Source: Paragordius varius
Taxonomy: Eukaryota; Animalia; Nematomorpha
NCBI GenBank assembly: GCA_964247055.1
Contig: OZ176053.1
Span: 11,842,001-11,906,000, forward strand
DNA length: 64,000 nucleotides
Direction: 5' to 3'
Part shown: in pieces, positions 62,370-64,000 of the stretch
How the letters are laid out: every line of letters starts with the position of its first letter
Position numbering within the stretch: position 1 is the first letter of the stretch
Position numbers and translations under genes: made by a program
The notes under the pieces: generated by a model
What the model was told of the DNA's origin: nothing
The model's database searches: none
What the model saw: the letters and a program-made list of their open reading frames with translations, nothing else

Positions 62370-64000
62370 ATGAGCCAAGCGTTGGACATTTCAAAACTGA
62401 TTTTGGAGCCTTTTAAGGAACCGATGAATTTTACGCAATATATACGTCACATCAGGATCTTAAATTCCAAAAATATCGAATCTAATGACACCACAATGAA
62501 ACGCACCTTTCTCGCTTTCGGCGGTATTCAAGTAATAATGAAAATCGAAACTTTAGCATACCCAAAACTCATAGATGACATGGAATGGGAGGAAATTGCA
62601 ACCTTGGCTACTCAGATATATTCACCAATCAGCAGCCTATGGTTAAATCGAGTTGAATTCTTCCGATTAAAAAAATGACAGATGAATCAGTCATGGATTT
62701 CCTGGAACGTCTGAAAGCAAAGTGTGAAGCCGGGAAATTTGAAGGGGATATTCAGTCAAAATTACGCGATTTATTCCTGGTAGGTCTTGAAAATCCCAGA
62801 GTCGAACGCGAAATTCAATCCAAATATCCAGATGGCAAAAAGGACGGGGGTCCGGTAACCCTTCAAGCGATTGTAGACATCGCTTATTCCTATGAATTAG
62901 AAGATAAAAAGGTTCACAACATCAGAGATAATAATGATATGAACAATAATAATACCAGTGAACTTCCTTCAAGTATCCAACCAGTTGTTAATGATAATAA
63001 TACAATCAATCAAATAACCCGAAAGCTATGTAGTAATTGTGGATATCGACATGGTTCCGCCACCTGTCCGGCAAAAGGAAAACGGTGTTTCAATTGCGAC
63101 AAATGGAATCATTTCAGCACAGTATGCAAGGCAACGTTCCGACGGCCGTCAATCCGCACCATGACTAGCCCGAACAACACCCCCCGGATTCAGGTATTAA
63201 TAAATAATATACCAACAACGTTTATCTACGATACGGGCGCCGAGGTATCCGTTATTGGCAAGCGCACTTGGGTAAATATTGGTCGACCTCGTTTGCTCCC
63301 AGCTCCAAATTTGCGAACCTACAATGATGGCCCAATAGAAGTACTCGGAAAATCGATGATTTCAGTGGTTTTGAACGAAGAGGAGAAGTGCCTGCCCTGC
63401 GTGGTGACGCAAACTAACCCGCCAGCCGTGTTCGGGATGAATTGGATGCGGGCGTTCCGGTTAGAATTCCCAAAAAATGTTTTTTCAGTTTTACATACGC
63501 AAGCACCTAATAATAAAATGTTATTTGATTATTTTGACAAATTGTTTTCAGACGAGTTAGGTACTTTCAAGGGGCCCCCAATAAAATTATTTATCGACCC
63601 CGGGGCCAAACCTAAAGTTTTTCCTTGTCGTAGGGTACCTTTAACTCTAAAACCTTTAGTAGAAAATGAAATTGATAGATTAGTTAAACTCAAAATACTC
63701 CGACCTATCGATCCGACCCAAACCCCAATAACATGGGCCTCTCCCACAGTAAATATAGTTAAAGGAAATGGAGAAATTAGGATTTGTGCCGATTTCCGAA
63801 TTAGTATCAACCGTTATTTAGCAAAAGATTCTCATCTGATACCTACTTTTGACGAGTTGGCCACCAAAGTGGCAAATGGGATAATTTTTTCCACTTTAGA
63901 CCTGAAAGATGCTTACTTACAATTTCCGATAGACCGGGCGTCACAGACGCTAGTGACCATCACAACTCACAAAGGGTTTTATGCTTACCAGCGACTTCCA
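62370..64000 (+). mobile_element. Ty3/Gypsy (Mag-like) gag-pol, running off the window end; one frameshift at A7 62669-62675
   Basis: Open frame 62675-64000: two zinc knuckles (CSNCGYRHGSATC, CFNCDKWNHFSTVC), protease YDTGAEVSVI, RT start RICADFR..IN, STLDLKDAYLQ, HKGFYAYQRLP. Not in the ORF track because it has no stop in the window. Confidence 0.93.

Noticed and set aside
1-64000. Nematode SL1 leader gene, snRNA or rRNA genes
   Set aside because: I saw no match by eye; a covariance-model search would be needed to exclude divergent ncRNAs.

Overview
Very AT-rich eukaryotic (bilaterian animal) genomic DNA. The troponin T and LIN-29-like proteins look ecdysozoan, possibly nematode- or nematomorph-like, but the taxon cannot be fixed from sequence alone. 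By hand I spliced seven host genes: the 3' end of an FN3-domain gene, a LIN-29/rotund-type zinc-finger gene, a Maf-family nucleotide pyrophosphatase, BOP1/Erb1, UBE2G, troponin T and a class I GLUT-like transporter. There is also one tRNA-Trp(CCA). Between and inside the genes are RTE and CR1-like LINEs, a split mariner, a Penelope-like element with an inverted pseudo-LTR and hammerhead motif, hAT elements and MITEs, two non-autonomous Helitrons, and the 5' part of a young Ty3/Gypsy element. The most striking signal is the splicing system. Eight of 45 modelled introns are only 21-27 nt, none is 28-62 nt, and others reach 3.3 kb. The tiny introns occur only in the housekeeping genes, and only 8 of 45 donors have the usual +5 G. 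Other highlights are a 39-nt gap between the zinc-finger and Maf genes (operon-like), and a Penelope hammerhead that keeps its core in the copy antisense to BOP1 but has lost it in the copy lying in the BOP1 pre-mRNA. All gene models, counts and family assignments are manual and from memory; no searches were run.
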